Shown one piece after another: positions 19,390 to 28,662 of a stretch of DNA of 64,000 nucleotides. The stretch is from an uncultured Candidatus Rokubacteria bacterium. GTDB taxonomy: Bacteria > Methylomirabilota > Methylomirabilia > Rokubacteriales > DASRDR01. The translations under genes and the position numbers were made by a program. Under the pieces are notes generated by a model. The model saw only the letters and a program-made list of their open reading frames with translations. It was not told the DNA's origin and ran no database searches. Where the stretch lies: assembly GCA_963708025.1 (NCBI GenBank), contig CAVPSB010000015.1:192001-256000 (forward strand), in the 5' to 3' direction. Position 1 is the first letter of the stretch, and each line of letters opens with the position of its first letter.

Positions 19390-21897
19390 TTGCCAGCGAA
19401 GCGACCCAAGTCGGCACCGCGGCGGCGCCCCCCGACCGGGGAACGCCTGGCGGAGTACACGGCCAAGCGGGACTTCGCGGTCACGCCGGAGCCGGCGCCC
19501 GGCCGCGCCGCGCCGTCCGCCGGAGCGCCCACCTTCATGGTGCACAAGCACCATGCGACGCGGCTCCACTACGACCTCCGGCTGGAGATGGACGCGGCTC
19601 TGGCCTCCTGGGCGATTCCGAAGGGGCCGAGCTACGACCCGGCCGTCAAGCGGCTCGCCGTCCAGACCGAAGACCACCCGCTCGAGTACGGCGGGTTCGA
19701 GGGGCGGATCCCCGACGGCGAGTACGGCGCCGGCGACTCCCTGATCTGGGACCGGGGGACGTACGACACGGTGCCTCCGGGCGAGGCGTCCCGGCAGCGG
19801 GCCAAGGGGCACCTCCACCTCGAGCTGCGTGGCGCCAAGCTCCGCGGCCGCTGGCACCTGCTGCGGACGGGGCGTGCGAGGGAGGGCCGGGACGGCAAGC
19901 CGCAGTGGCTCTTCTTCAAGGCCAAGGACGATGCCGCCGACGCGGCCTTCGACGTGGTGGCCGAGCGCCCGGAGTCGGTGGTGACCGGGCGGGTGGCCGC
20001 CCGTGGCCCCGTGCGGAAGGCCGAGCTGCGGGCGCCGCGACCCGGGCCGGAGCGGCTCCTGGAGCGCGTCTTCCCCCCGATGCTGGCCACCCTCGTCGGC
20101 CACGCGCCCCCCGACGAGGCCGACTGGGTGTACGAGCTGAAGTACGACGGCTTCCGCGCCCTCTGCGCGCTCTCGGGACGAAAGGTCGCCATCTGGTCCC
20201 GCAACCGCCTGGACCTGGCCCGTCGCTTCGGGACGATCGCCGGTGCGCTCTCGCGCCTGGTCGTGGCCGACGCCGTGCTGGACGGTGAGATCGTCGCCCT
20301 CGACGCCCATGGGGCGCCGCGCTTCCAGCTCCTCCAGAAGGGTCACGACGCCGAGGCGGTGCTGGTGGCCTTCGACCTCCTCTGGCTCGACGGCCGGGAC
20401 CTGCGGGAGCGCCCACTGGAGGAGCGGCGCGACCTGCTCGAGAGCCTCCTGGCCAACGCGCCGCCCGGCGTCCGCCTCGCCGAGCGCCTTCCGGGTCCCG
20501 CCGAGCGGGCCCTGGCGGCAGCCGCCGCCCGGGGCTACGAGGGACTCATCGCCAAGCGGCGAGGCTCCAGCTACCAGGGCGTCCGCTCCCGCGACTGGCT
20601 GAAGCTCAAGGCGGGGAACCGGCAGGAGGTCGCCGTCGTCGGCTTCACCCGCTCGAAGAGCCAGCGCGACGAGATCGGCGCCCTCCTCGTCGCCGTCGCC
20701 GAGGGCGGCCACCTGGCTTACGCAGGCAAGGTGGGGACGGGCTTCTCGTCCCGCCAGCGAGCCGAGCTGAAGCGCGAGCTGTCCCGTGAGGCCGTGGCCA
20801 CTCCGCCCGTCCGCGACGCTCCCCGGATGCGGGACGCCACCTGGGTCGAGCCGCGCCTCGTGGCGGAGGTCGAGTTCACCGAGTGGACGTCGGACGGCAA
20901 GCTCCGTCACCCGGCCTTCGTCGGTCTCCGTCCCGACAAGTCACCGATGGAGTGCGTGCGGGAGACGCCGGCGGAGCCCCCCGCGTCGCCGCCGGCCGAC
21001 GATCGCCGGCCTCCGCGGCCGAGGCCGGCGGGAGCGGTCCGGGTCGCGCTGACCCACCCGGAGCGGCTCCTGTATCCCCGGGACGGCATCACCAAGCAGG
21101 AGCTGGCCGACTACTACGAGGCGGTGGCGGAGCCGCTCCTCCGCGCCGTGGCCGATCGGCCGCTGGCGCTCGAGCACTGGAACGACGGGATCGACGCGAC
21201 CTCCTGGTTCCAGCAAGACATCGGGAAGGACGCGGCCCCGTGGATGCGCCTGGCCGAGACCCCGACCCGGACCGGCGGCCGGCGGGTCCGCCACCTGATC
21301 GCCGACCGCCCCGAGACGCTCCGCTGGCTCGCCCAGCACTCGGTGCTGACCATCCACATGTGGTCGTCGCGGGTCCCGAGCCTCGAGTCGCCCGACTGGG
21401 TGGTCTTCGATCTGGATCCCGCCGAGGGGCGCGGCGTCGAGCAGGCCGTGGAGCCCGCCCTCGTGCTCCGCGGGATGTTCGAGCGGCTGTCGATGCCCAG
21501 CGTGCCGAAGACGTCCGGTCAGGACGGGCTTCACATCTTCGTCCCGCTGGCACCCGGCCACACCCACCAGCAGGCGGTGGAGTTCGCGGCGTACGTGTGC
21601 GGGGCCGTCGCCCGCGAGCTTCCGGGCGTGACCGTGGAGCGCAGTCCCGCCAAGCGACGGGGCCGACTGTATCTCGACGCCTACCAGAACGGCTACGGGA
21701 AGACCGTGGTGGCGCCCTACTCCCCGCGCGCCCGGGACGGCGCGCCGGTGTCGGCGCCGCTGACCTGGAGCGAGGTCACCCGGGCGCTCGACCCGTCGCG
21801 CTTCACCCTCCGGACGATGCCGAAGCGGATCGAGAAGGTCGGCGACCTCTTCGAGCCGGCCCACCGGCAAGGAGTCCGCCTCCCGCCGATCGGCTGA
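19390..21897 (+). CDS. ligD: NHEJ DNA ligase D (phosphoesterase-ligase-polymerase)
   Basis: PE domain HKHHATRLHYDLRLE/EDHPLEY; ligase ELKYDGFR, EGLIAKR, WLKLK; POL domain LTHPERLLYP, VFDLDP, KTSGQDGLHIFVP. TTG start after AGGAGG is inferred. Confidence 0.95.
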   Translation: MPAKRPKSAPRRRPPTGERLAEYTAKRDFAVTPEPAPGRAAPSAGAPTFMVHKHHATRLHYDLRLEMDAALASWAIPKGPSYDPAVKRLAVQTEDHPLEYGGFEGRIPDGEYGAGDSLIWDRGTYDTVPPGEASRQRAKGHLHLELRGAKLRGRWHLLRTGRAREGRDGKPQWLFFKAKDDAADAAFDVVAERPESVVTGRVAARGPVRKAELRAPRPGPERLLERVFPPMLATLVGHAPPDEADWVYELKYDGFRALCALSGRKVAIWSRNRLDLARRFGTIAGALSRLVVADAVLDGEIVALDAHGAPRFQLLQKGHDAEAVLVAFDLLWLDGRDLRERPLEERRDLLESLLANAPPGVRLAERLPGPAERALAAAAARGYEGLIAKRRGSSYQGVRSRDWLKLKAGNRQEVAVVGFTRSKSQRDEIGALLVAVAEGGHLAYAGKVGTGFSSRQRAELKRELSREAVATPPVRDAPRMRDATWVEPRLVAEVEFTEWTSDGKLRHPAFVGLRPDKSPMECVRETPAEPPASPPADDRRPPRPRPAGAVRVALTHPERLLYPRDGITKQELADYYEAVAEPLLRAVADRPLALEHWNDGIDATSWFQQDIGKDAAPWMRLAETPTRTGGRRVRHLIADRPETLRWLAQHSVLTIHMWSSRVPSLESPDWVVFDLDPAEGRGVEQAVEPALVLRGMFERLSMPSVPKTSGQDGLHIFVPLAPGHTHQQAVEFAAYVCGAVARELPGVTVERSPAKRRGRLYLDAYQNGYGKTVVAPYSPRARDGAPVSAPLTWSEVTRALDPSRFTLRTMPKRIEKVGDLFEPAHRQGVRLPPIG

Positions 21898-22220
21898 CCC
21901 GGCCCCGTGCGATCCACATCAGGTAAGGGGATTCATCCCGATCCTCGCGCGACGGGAAGCCCCGGGTGAGCCCGTGGTGCGGACGGCGTGAGCCCACCGT
22001 CGTGCCGGTGGCAAAAACGCGCGGCCGGGTGTCCGACGACGTCGTAGAATAGCTTCGCCAAGCAGTACCCGGACGCGCACCGCGCCCCGACGGTTCGACG
22101 CGGCTTCGAGCGCGGCCGGGCCTACGACCTCGGCGTGCGACGGGCGGCCCGACGGGGCGCGCCGGCATCGCCGACCGGGAGGGCCAGAGCGATGCCTCGT
22201 TCGGACTCGGCGGGTCGTCC

Positions 22221-23039
22221 GTGAAGCGGGAGGTGCTCCCCGGGCTGGGCCGCGCGCTCATCGGGATGGTGCACCTCCTGCCCCTGCCCGGCAGCCCGCG
22301 CTGGGCGGGCCGGATGGAGCCGGTTGTGGACCGTGCGGTGGCCGACGCTCGTGCAATCGCCGCCGGTGGGTTTCACGCCTGCCTCGTGGAGAATTTCGGG
22401 GACGTCCCGTTCAGCGCCGGGCGGGTGGATCCGGCGACCGTCGCCGCGATGGGCGTCGTCGTGGCCGAGGTCCGGGGCTCGGTGTCAGTGCCAGTGGGCG
22501 TCAACGTGCTGAAGAACGACGCCCTGGCCGCCCTGGCGGTGGCCGCGGCGTCGGGGGCGGTGTTCGTCCGCCTGAACGTGCACGTCGGCGCGGTCGTCGG
22601 CGACCAGGGCCTCCTCCAGGGCGACGCCTACGCGACGCTCCGGTACCGCCGCCTCCTCGGCACCGAGACGCGGCTCTTCGTCAACGTCGGAGGCAAGCAC
22701 GCGGTGCCGCTGGCGCCGGTCGAGCTGGAGCAGGTCGCCCACGACGCGGTCGAGCGCGGGCTTGCCGACGCCCTGGTGGTCTCCGGCCCGTCCACCGGCA
22801 AGCCGACCGAGCCGGGCGACGTCAAGCGGGTGCGGGCGGCCGTTCCCGACTGCCCGCTCCTGGTGGGCTCCGGCGTGACACCGGAGACCGTGAGCCAGCT
22901 CCTCGCGCTCGCTGACGGGGTCATCGTGGGGACGTGGCTCAAGCGCGATGGCCGGACGGCAAACCAGATCGACCCTGCGCGGGTGACCGCGCTGGCGAAG
23001 GCCGCCCGCGAGCGCAAGGGGGGCGGGGGAGGGGCATGA
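22221..23039 (+). CDS. BtpA/SgcQ family TIM-barrel protein
   Basis: IGMVHLLPLPGSP, VENFGDVPF, GVNVLKND, GLADALVVSG, LLVGSGV. Confidence 0.9.
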   Translation: MKREVLPGLGRALIGMVHLLPLPGSPRWAGRMEPVVDRAVADARAIAAGGFHACLVENFGDVPFSAGRVDPATVAAMGVVVAEVRGSVSVPVGVNVLKNDALAALAVAAASGAVFVRLNVHVGAVVGDQGLLQGDAYATLRYRRLLGTETRLFVNVGGKHAVPLAPVELEQVAHDAVERGLADALVVSGPSTGKPTEPGDVKRVRAAVPDCPLLVGSGVTPETVSQLLALADGVIVGTWLKRDGRTANQIDPARVTALAKAARERKGGGGGA

Positions 23040-23599
23040 CGCCGGCCGCGGCGCAGATGCTGCGGCTGCTGGACCGGGCCACCACCCGGTGGCACTTCCC
23101 CGTGGTCGGCCGCGAGAAGGGCCGCCTGCTCCGGCGCCTGCTGACCCGCCATCGCCCGCGGCGCGCGGTCGAGATCGGCTCACTCTTCGGCTACTCCGCC
23201 ATCCTCATCGCCTCGGAGCTCCCGCCCGGCGGCCGGCTGGTCTCCGTCGAGGCGAATCCCTTTCTCGCCTGGATGGTCGAGGCCAACGTCCGGGAGGCCG
23301 GACTGGGCCGGCGGGTGACCGTGCGGAGCGGGGATGCCCGCCGGGTGATTCCGACGCTCCGCGACCGGTTCGACTTCGCCCTCATCGACGCGGCCAAGGC
23401 CGAGTACCTCGATTACCTGCGACGGCTCGAGCCGAAGCTCCGGCCGGGCGCGGTCGTCGTCGCCGACAACACCGGCATCTTCCGGCGGGACGTGGCGCCC
23501 TACCTCCGCCACGTGCGGGAGAGTGGCCGCTACCGGACCCGGGAGTACGAGTTCGGCGACGACGCGATGGAGGTCAGCATCCTGGAGCCGGGCCGGTGA
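23036..23599 (+). CDS. Class I SAM-dependent O-methyltransferase
   Basis: ATGA overlap; VEIGSLFGYSA, FDFALIDAAKAEY, VVVADN. Confidence 0.9.
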   Translation: MTPAAAQMLRLLDRATTRWHFPVVGREKGRLLRRLLTRHRPRRAVEIGSLFGYSAILIASELPPGGRLVSVEANPFLAWMVEANVREAGLGRRVTVRSGDARRVIPTLRDRFDFALIDAAKAEYLDYLRRLEPKLRPGAVVVADNTGIFRRDVAPYLRHVRESGRYRTREYEFGDDAMEVSILEPGR

Positions 23600-23646
23600 C
23601 CTTCCCGCCCCGGCCTCGGTCGGGTACAGCCTCAGAGCCGTCGTAG

Positions 23647-23830
23647 CTAGTCGTTCTCGGGGCAGGGCCGAGGAGCGAGCAGCGCCCACAGGCCGAAGGC
23701 CGTCCAATGGACGCAGGGAGTCGCCGACCGCAGGCGTACTCCGAGTACGCCGAGGATCGGCGACGACCCCAAAGGCCGAAGGCCGTCCGAACGACGACGC
23801 GATGCGACGCTCCTCGGCCCTGCCCTCTAA
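23647..23830 (-). repeat. Structured repeat family A, copy 1
   Basis: Terminal stem GGGCAGGGCCGAGGAGCG/CGCTCCTCGGCCCTGCCC with central GGCGTACTCGGAGTACGCC hairpin. Starts at the TAG of the Gfo/Idh/MocA gene and ends in CTAG. Confidence 0.9.
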
Positions 23831-24889
23831 ACGGTGGACCAGGCCGTTCGTGCGGTGCCTCGCACCGCGTCCATGACGCGCTGGACCGCCAGGCCGTCGC
23901 GGAACGTCGCGGCCGGCTCGATCGGGACCCTTGTCCAGGATGGCGGTCGCCAGGTGGTCGACCAGGCGGATGAACGAGAGGCCCCACAGCGCGGCGTAGT
24001 TCATCCCCGGCGCCGGGGCCAGCGTCTCCGGCTCGGTCAGCTCCGCCAGCGTCTGCCCGAGCCGGGCGCCCCACAGCCGGTCGGCGTCGTCCAGGGCCAG
24101 CGTGCCTTCGTCGCCCCACACCTCGATCCGCGGGCCCGTGGCGTGCGCGGCGACCACGCTCAGCAGGAGGACGCCGACGGCCCCCGAGGCGAAGCGGAGC
24201 CCGAGCGTCGTGAAGTCGTCCGTCGTCACCGGACGGCGACCCGACCCGTCCGGCGCCGGGCGCTCCTTCACGAAGGTCTCGACGGTTCCGGAGACGCTCG
24301 CGATCTCGCCGAGCCAGTAGCGGAGAAGGTCGATCTGGTGGGAGCCGACGGCGCCCAGGAGCCCGCCGCCCCGGGCGGCGTCGAACCACCAGCCCCAGGG
24401 GAGGTTCGGGTCGCGCCGGCCGCCGCCCACGAGAGTGAGCAAGACGTGACGGGGCTGCCCGATGAACCCCTCGCCGATCAGGCGCTTGACCTTCCGGCGG
24501 TTCGGGTTGAACCGCAGCTCGTGGTCGATGACGTGGACCACGCCGGCCCGCTCGGCCGTCCCCAGCATGTCGGCCGCCTCGGCGGCCGTGAGCGCCATCG
24601 GCTTCTCGCACAGGACGTGCCGCCGGGCGGCGAGCGCCGCCATCGTCATCGGGTGATGCAGGTGCGTCGGCGAGGTGATGCTGACCAGGTCGAGGTCGGC
24701 TCGGGCCAGGTCGGCGTACGCGTCGAAGGCGTGCGGGATCCCGAAGGCGTCGGCCACCTTCCGGGCCTTGCCGGGCTGGCCGCTCGCGACGGCCACGACC
24801 TCGACCCGGGGGTGACGCCGAAACGCCGGGATCTGCACTGTGCTGCCGAAGCCCGTTCCGATGACCCCCACCTTCAGCTTCGCGGCCAT
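23827..24889 (-). CDS. Gfo/Idh/MocA family oxidoreductase (frameshift near 23925)
   Basis: KVGVIGTGFG, HVLCEKPMA, GGGLLGAVGSHQIDL; C-terminus ...RVMDAVRGTARTAWSTV*. Confidence 0.9.
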
Positions 24890-24903
24890 GCGCTTCCTCC
24901 CGG

Positions 24904-26062
24904 TCAGGCGTGAGGTGGCCGGACCCCATCCGCCAGCGCGGCGAGGATCTCCGGCCCGAACGTGTCGACGCGCCACTGCCGGAGCCCCGGGACGCCCCGG
25001 AGCGCGACGAGGTCGTCGGGCGGCGCGGCGGCTAGGGCGTCGATCAGGCGCTGGGGCAGGAGCACCCCGGGGTCGCAGCCCGGTGCGCTCCGCCGCCGTC
25101 GCCCGCCAGCCCCGGAGCCGCTCGGCCCGCTGCTGCACGTGAGGCGGGACGAGCGGCCGCCGGCGCCGCTCCGGGCGCGGCTCGTCCGCAAGCGGTTCGG
25201 CGAGGCCGCGGGCGACGGCGTCCACGATCCCCTCGCCGTAGCGCTCGATCAGTCGCGGCGTCAGCCCGGCGATGTCCGCCAGCGCCTCGCGCGAGCGGGG
25301 CCGGGCGGAGGCCAGCGCCACCAGCGTGTCCGGGCTGAGCACCTTGAAGGGTGGCCGGCGCTCGGCGCGGGCCCACGCTTCGCGCTGGCGATGCAGCGCT
25401 CGCAGGAGCGCCAGGCCCTGCCGGTCGAGCCGCGAGGCGCCCCGGAGCCGCCGGTAGCCGTCCTCGTCGGCCGCTCGCTCGACGACCGGCTGGCTCGCCA
25501 GCGCCTCGCACTCCTCGACGAGCCAGGCGTCGCGGCCGATCCCCCGCAGCTCGGTCACCAGGCGCTCGTTGAGCAGGATCAGGTGCCGGACGTCCTCGGC
25601 CGCGTACGCCTCCTGGGCCGGCGTCAGCGGACGCCGGGCCCAGTCCGCCTTCTGCTGCGACTGGATCGGCTTGATCCCCAGGTAGCGCTCGAGCAGGGCG
25701 TCGAGCCCGAGCTCCCGGATGCCGAGGAAGCGCGCGGCCAGCATGGTGTCGGAGATGCGGGCGAAGGTGAAGCCGAAGCGGCGCTTCAGGTGCCCGAGGT
25801 CGTTCTCGGCGCTGTGGAAGACCTGGAGGGTGGCGCGATCGGCGCAGAGGGGGCGGAGCGGCTCCAGGTCGGGAAGCGCGAGGGGGTCGACCAGGTAGAC
25901 GTGGTCGTCGGCGTCGGCGACCTGGACCAGGCAGAGCCGCTCGGGGTAGTGGTGGAGGCTGTCGGCCTCGGTGTCGATGGCGATCGCTGCCGCACCGGCG
26001 AGCTGACGGCCAAGCGCGGCCAGCTCATCCGGGGAGCGGATCCAGACAGGGCTAGCTGACAC
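24904..26062 (-). CDS. rnd: Ribonuclease D (DEDDy exonuclease + HRDC domains), frameshift near 25075
   Basis: IAIDTEADSLHHY, CLVQVA, VFHSAENDL, DTMLAARFLG, DWARRPL...YAAEDV. Confidence 0.9.
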
Positions 26063-26091
26063 TTCCTCAGGATACCAGGGGTTTGGCCCGC

Positions 26092-26251
26092 TTAGGCGTC
26101 CACGAATGCCGAAGTCATGGCAGACGAGTCGAGTTCTTGGGGGCAGGGCCGAGGAGCGAGCGCCCAAAGGCCGAAGGCCCTCCGATCCACGCCGGCCGAG
26201 CGCGTCCCGACCGAGACGAACATCGCGAAGCTCATCGGCCTCGCCCGCTAG
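26092..26251 (-). repeat. Structured repeat family A, copy 2 (lacks central hairpin, tandem with copy 3)
   Basis: CTAGCGGGCGAGGCCGATGAGCTTCGC...CGCTCCTCGGCCCTGCCC plus tail GAACTCGACTCGTCTGCCATGACTTCGGC, ending CTAA. Confidence 0.85.
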
Positions 26252-26438
26252 TCTTCTTGAGGGCCGGAAGTGGTGCTGAATGAGTCAATTTTCCGCAACA
26301 CCGGCTCTCGGGGCGTGGCCGAGACCCGAGCAGCCCTAGGACGCAGGGAGTCGCCGACCGGAAGCGTACCCCGGGTACGCTGAGGATCGGCGACGACCGA
26401 GGACGACGGGATGCGACGGGTATCGGCCACGCCGCTAG
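26248..26438 (-). repeat. Structured repeat family A, copy 3
   Basis: GGCGTGGCCGATACCCG/CGGGTCTCGGCCACGCC outer stem and AGCGTACCCGGGGTACGCT hairpin. CTAG at both ends; the first overlaps the stop of the 26435 gene. Confidence 0.85.
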
Positions 26439-27395
26439 TCCTCGCTCCAGCGCTCCAGCAGTCGAGCGCCCAGCGAGCGGTGGCCCAGGAAGAAGTACGT
26501 CAGCATGGCGGCCGCGGCGAGCAGGTTGGCGATGGCGATGTTCCACCACATCAGGGCGCCGACCAGCGCCTCGTCGAGCGCGGAGACGAAGCCCAGGAAG
26601 AACAGCTCGAAGCACCAGAAGAGGATGAAGAGCCCGAGCAGGATCCGGGGCTCGCGCTCGGCCATCGTGATGGCGGCCGCGGCCAGGATGCCGAAGGCCG
26701 CGAAGGCGGCGAAGTGGAGCACGGTGTAGCCGAGGACGACGTTGAGGTGGACTTGCAGGGTCGCCGGGTCACGCAGGCCCTCGAAGAGGGCGCTGCCGAG
26801 CAGCGCCGGCGTCCGCAGGCGGCGTGCCGCGAAGCGTGTCGTAGATCAGGAACCACACGACGACCACGCCTCCCCCGATCAGGCCGGCCACGATGCCCTC
26901 GCGGACCACGGCGATCCACCGGCCCCCGAGCGTCTCCGCGAGCGCGCGATGCCGGCGGAAGAAGTAGCCGAGCATGGAGAGGGCGGCCAGGAAGTTGCCG
27001 ATCAGGATGGCCCACCAGGCGATGACGCCGAGGATCGGACGGGCCAGGAAGGTCACCAGCGCCAGGAAGAAGACCTCGAAGGCGGCGAAGAAGATCAGGA
27101 GCGCGACCAGCATCGCGGGCTCGCGCTCGGCGCCGGCGACCAGGGCCGCCGCCACGATGCCGAAGGCGGCGAACGCCAGGACGTGGACGATCGTGTACCC
27201 GAGGACCGGGCCGAAGGCGACCGGGACGGCGCCGGTGGGGGCGGCGCCGCGGATGAGGCCGTCCCAGAGAACCGCCGGCGTGCGCAGCGGCGTGCGCTGG
27301 ACCAGGTCGAAGACGAGGAACCAGACGGCGACCGTCGCGGCGCCGATCAGGCCCGCGACGATGCCTTCCCGCACGATGCGCGTGTCGCTGCTCAT
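26435..27395 (-). CDS. Internally duplicated membrane protein downstream of the caa3 operon (frameshift near 26815)
   Basis: Two copies of VREGIVAGLIG...VWFL...VLGYT(I/V)(V/L)H..AFAAFG...AEREP...W.I.I.N.LAA..ML.YFF; SD GGAGGAG before ATG 27395. Confidence 0.75.
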
Positions 27396-27426
27396 GGTGT
27401 TCTCCTCCCGGATCCGGCCTTGGATC

Positions 27427-27510
27427 GGGACCTCCCACCCACCCCCCCCAGCCCCCCTCCCCCACCCACCGGGGGGAGGGGGGTGCCGGTGCAACCGATT
27501 CCTTCACAAT
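27427..27510 (-). repeat. C-rich/G-rich hairpin repeat family B, copy 1
   Basis: On the minus strand: TGAAGGAATC...CCCCCTCCCCCCGGTGGGTGGGGGAGGGGG...GGGAGGTCCC; matches the copies at 41512 and 55303. Confidence 0.8.
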
Positions 27511-27513
27511 CTC

Positions 27514-28287
27514 TCAACGCGGCCCCGGCGCTACCGCCGCCGCGGGCTCGGCCTCCTCGAGGCTCGCCCACCGGAAGAACACGACGGTCCCCGCCACCAC
27601 GTAGGCGAGGGGCCCCACCACCCACATGAGGACGCCGGCGAGCTCCTGGTCGGCCCGGGGCGAGAGCGGCCACCACGGGGCCGTCGTCGCGTAGAAGGGG
27701 TAGAGGAGCTCCTCGGCCAGCGTGATCGGAGCGGCGACGGTCATCATGGGCACCGAGGAGACGAAGAGGAAGAGAAGCTGGGCCGGCGGGGTGGGCCGCG
27801 GCCACTCGGGCAGCGGCCCCAGCAGGGGCCACCAGGCGAGCAGGCCGGTTCCTAGGAGCGTCAGGTGCTCCAGGATGTGCACCGTCTCGTGGTGGAGGGC
27901 CGCCTCGAAGAGGGCGGGGCGGTGCCAGACGACCAGGACGGCGGCGGGAACGAGGAGCGCCACCGCGGGTCGGGTGAGCGCCCGGCCCGCGGCCTCGATT
28001 CCGGGAATCCGCAGCAGGGGCCGGAGAAGGCGCGCCGGCGTGCCGGCGAGCCACAGCGGCGGCACCACCAGGGTCAGCAGGAGGTGCTGGACCATGTGTC
28101 CGCTGAGGGAGACGTGCTCGGCCCACTCGGCCACCGGGCCGAGCAGGGCCGCAGCCAGGGCCACGATCCCGCCGAGGAAGAAGCCCAGCTGCCGGGCGGT
28201 GACGCGCGGTCCGACGGCCCAGAGGTAGACCGCGAGGAGCCCGCTGAGGCCGAGCGCGACGCTGGGGTGCCAGTGCCAGAGGTTCAT
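27514..28287 (-). CDS. ctaG: Cytochrome c oxidase assembly factor (caa3 CtaG family)
   Basis: SGHMVQHLLL, VVWH.P, ILEH, DQELAGVLMW; position in the cox operon. Confidence 0.85.
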   Translation of the reverse strand: MNLWHWHPSVALGLSGLLAVYLWAVGPRVTARQLGFFLGGIVALAAALLGPVAEWAEHVSLSGHMVQHLLLTLVVPPLWLAGTPARLLRPLLRIPGIEAAGRALTRPAVALLVPAAVLVVWHRPALFEAALHHETVHILEHLTLLGTGLLAWWPLLGPLPEWPRPTPPAQLLFLFVSSVPMMTVAAPITLAEELLYPFYATTAPWWPLSPRADQELAGVLMWVVGPLAYVVAGTVVFFRWASLEEAEPAAAVAPGPR

Positions 28288-28634
28288 CAGGGAGACGCCG
28301 GCCTGATGCCCGTCGTCCCGACGTGGCCGAATAGCCACAGCAGGGAGATGACCAGGAGGACGGCCACGATGAGCGGGCCGACGAAGAGATAGGAGAACCA
28401 GACGTGGTCGAAGCGGAGGTGCATGTAGAACATCGCCACCAGCGCGAACTTGGCCAGGGCCAGGAAGACCAGGACCGGCACGAGGACGCGGGCCATGGCC
28501 GGGATGTAGAAGACGGCGACCTCCATGACGGTGAGCAGCAGGAGGAAGGCGGCGATCACCAGGTAGGTGCGCGGCCCGGCCTGGGGATGGGTGGCGCTGG
28601 GCGCGGCCGCGAGGGGGCTGGGGTGGGTGCTCAC
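28287..28634 (-). CDS. Cytochrome c oxidase subunit IV family protein
   Basis: YLVIAAFLLLLTVMEV, LALAKFALVAMFYMHLRFD. Confidence 0.9.
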   Translation of the reverse strand: MSTHPSPLAAAPSATHPQAGPRTYLVIAAFLLLLTVMEVAVFYIPAMARVLVPVLVFLALAKFALVAMFYMHLRFDHVWFSYLFVGPLIVAVLLVISLLWLFGHVGTTGIRPASP

Positions 28635-28662
28635 GGCTCTCGGCCTCCCGGCTCCCGGTCGA

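Noticed and set aside
21900-22220. Gene or ncRNA in the ligD-btpA spacer
   Set aside because: No convincing ORF, repeat or recognisable RNA motif.
23180-26167. RNase D-oxidoreductase fusion (995 aa)
   Set aside because: Frameshift artefact; rnd has its own stop at 24904 and the Gfo/Idh/MocA gene has its own ATG at 24889.
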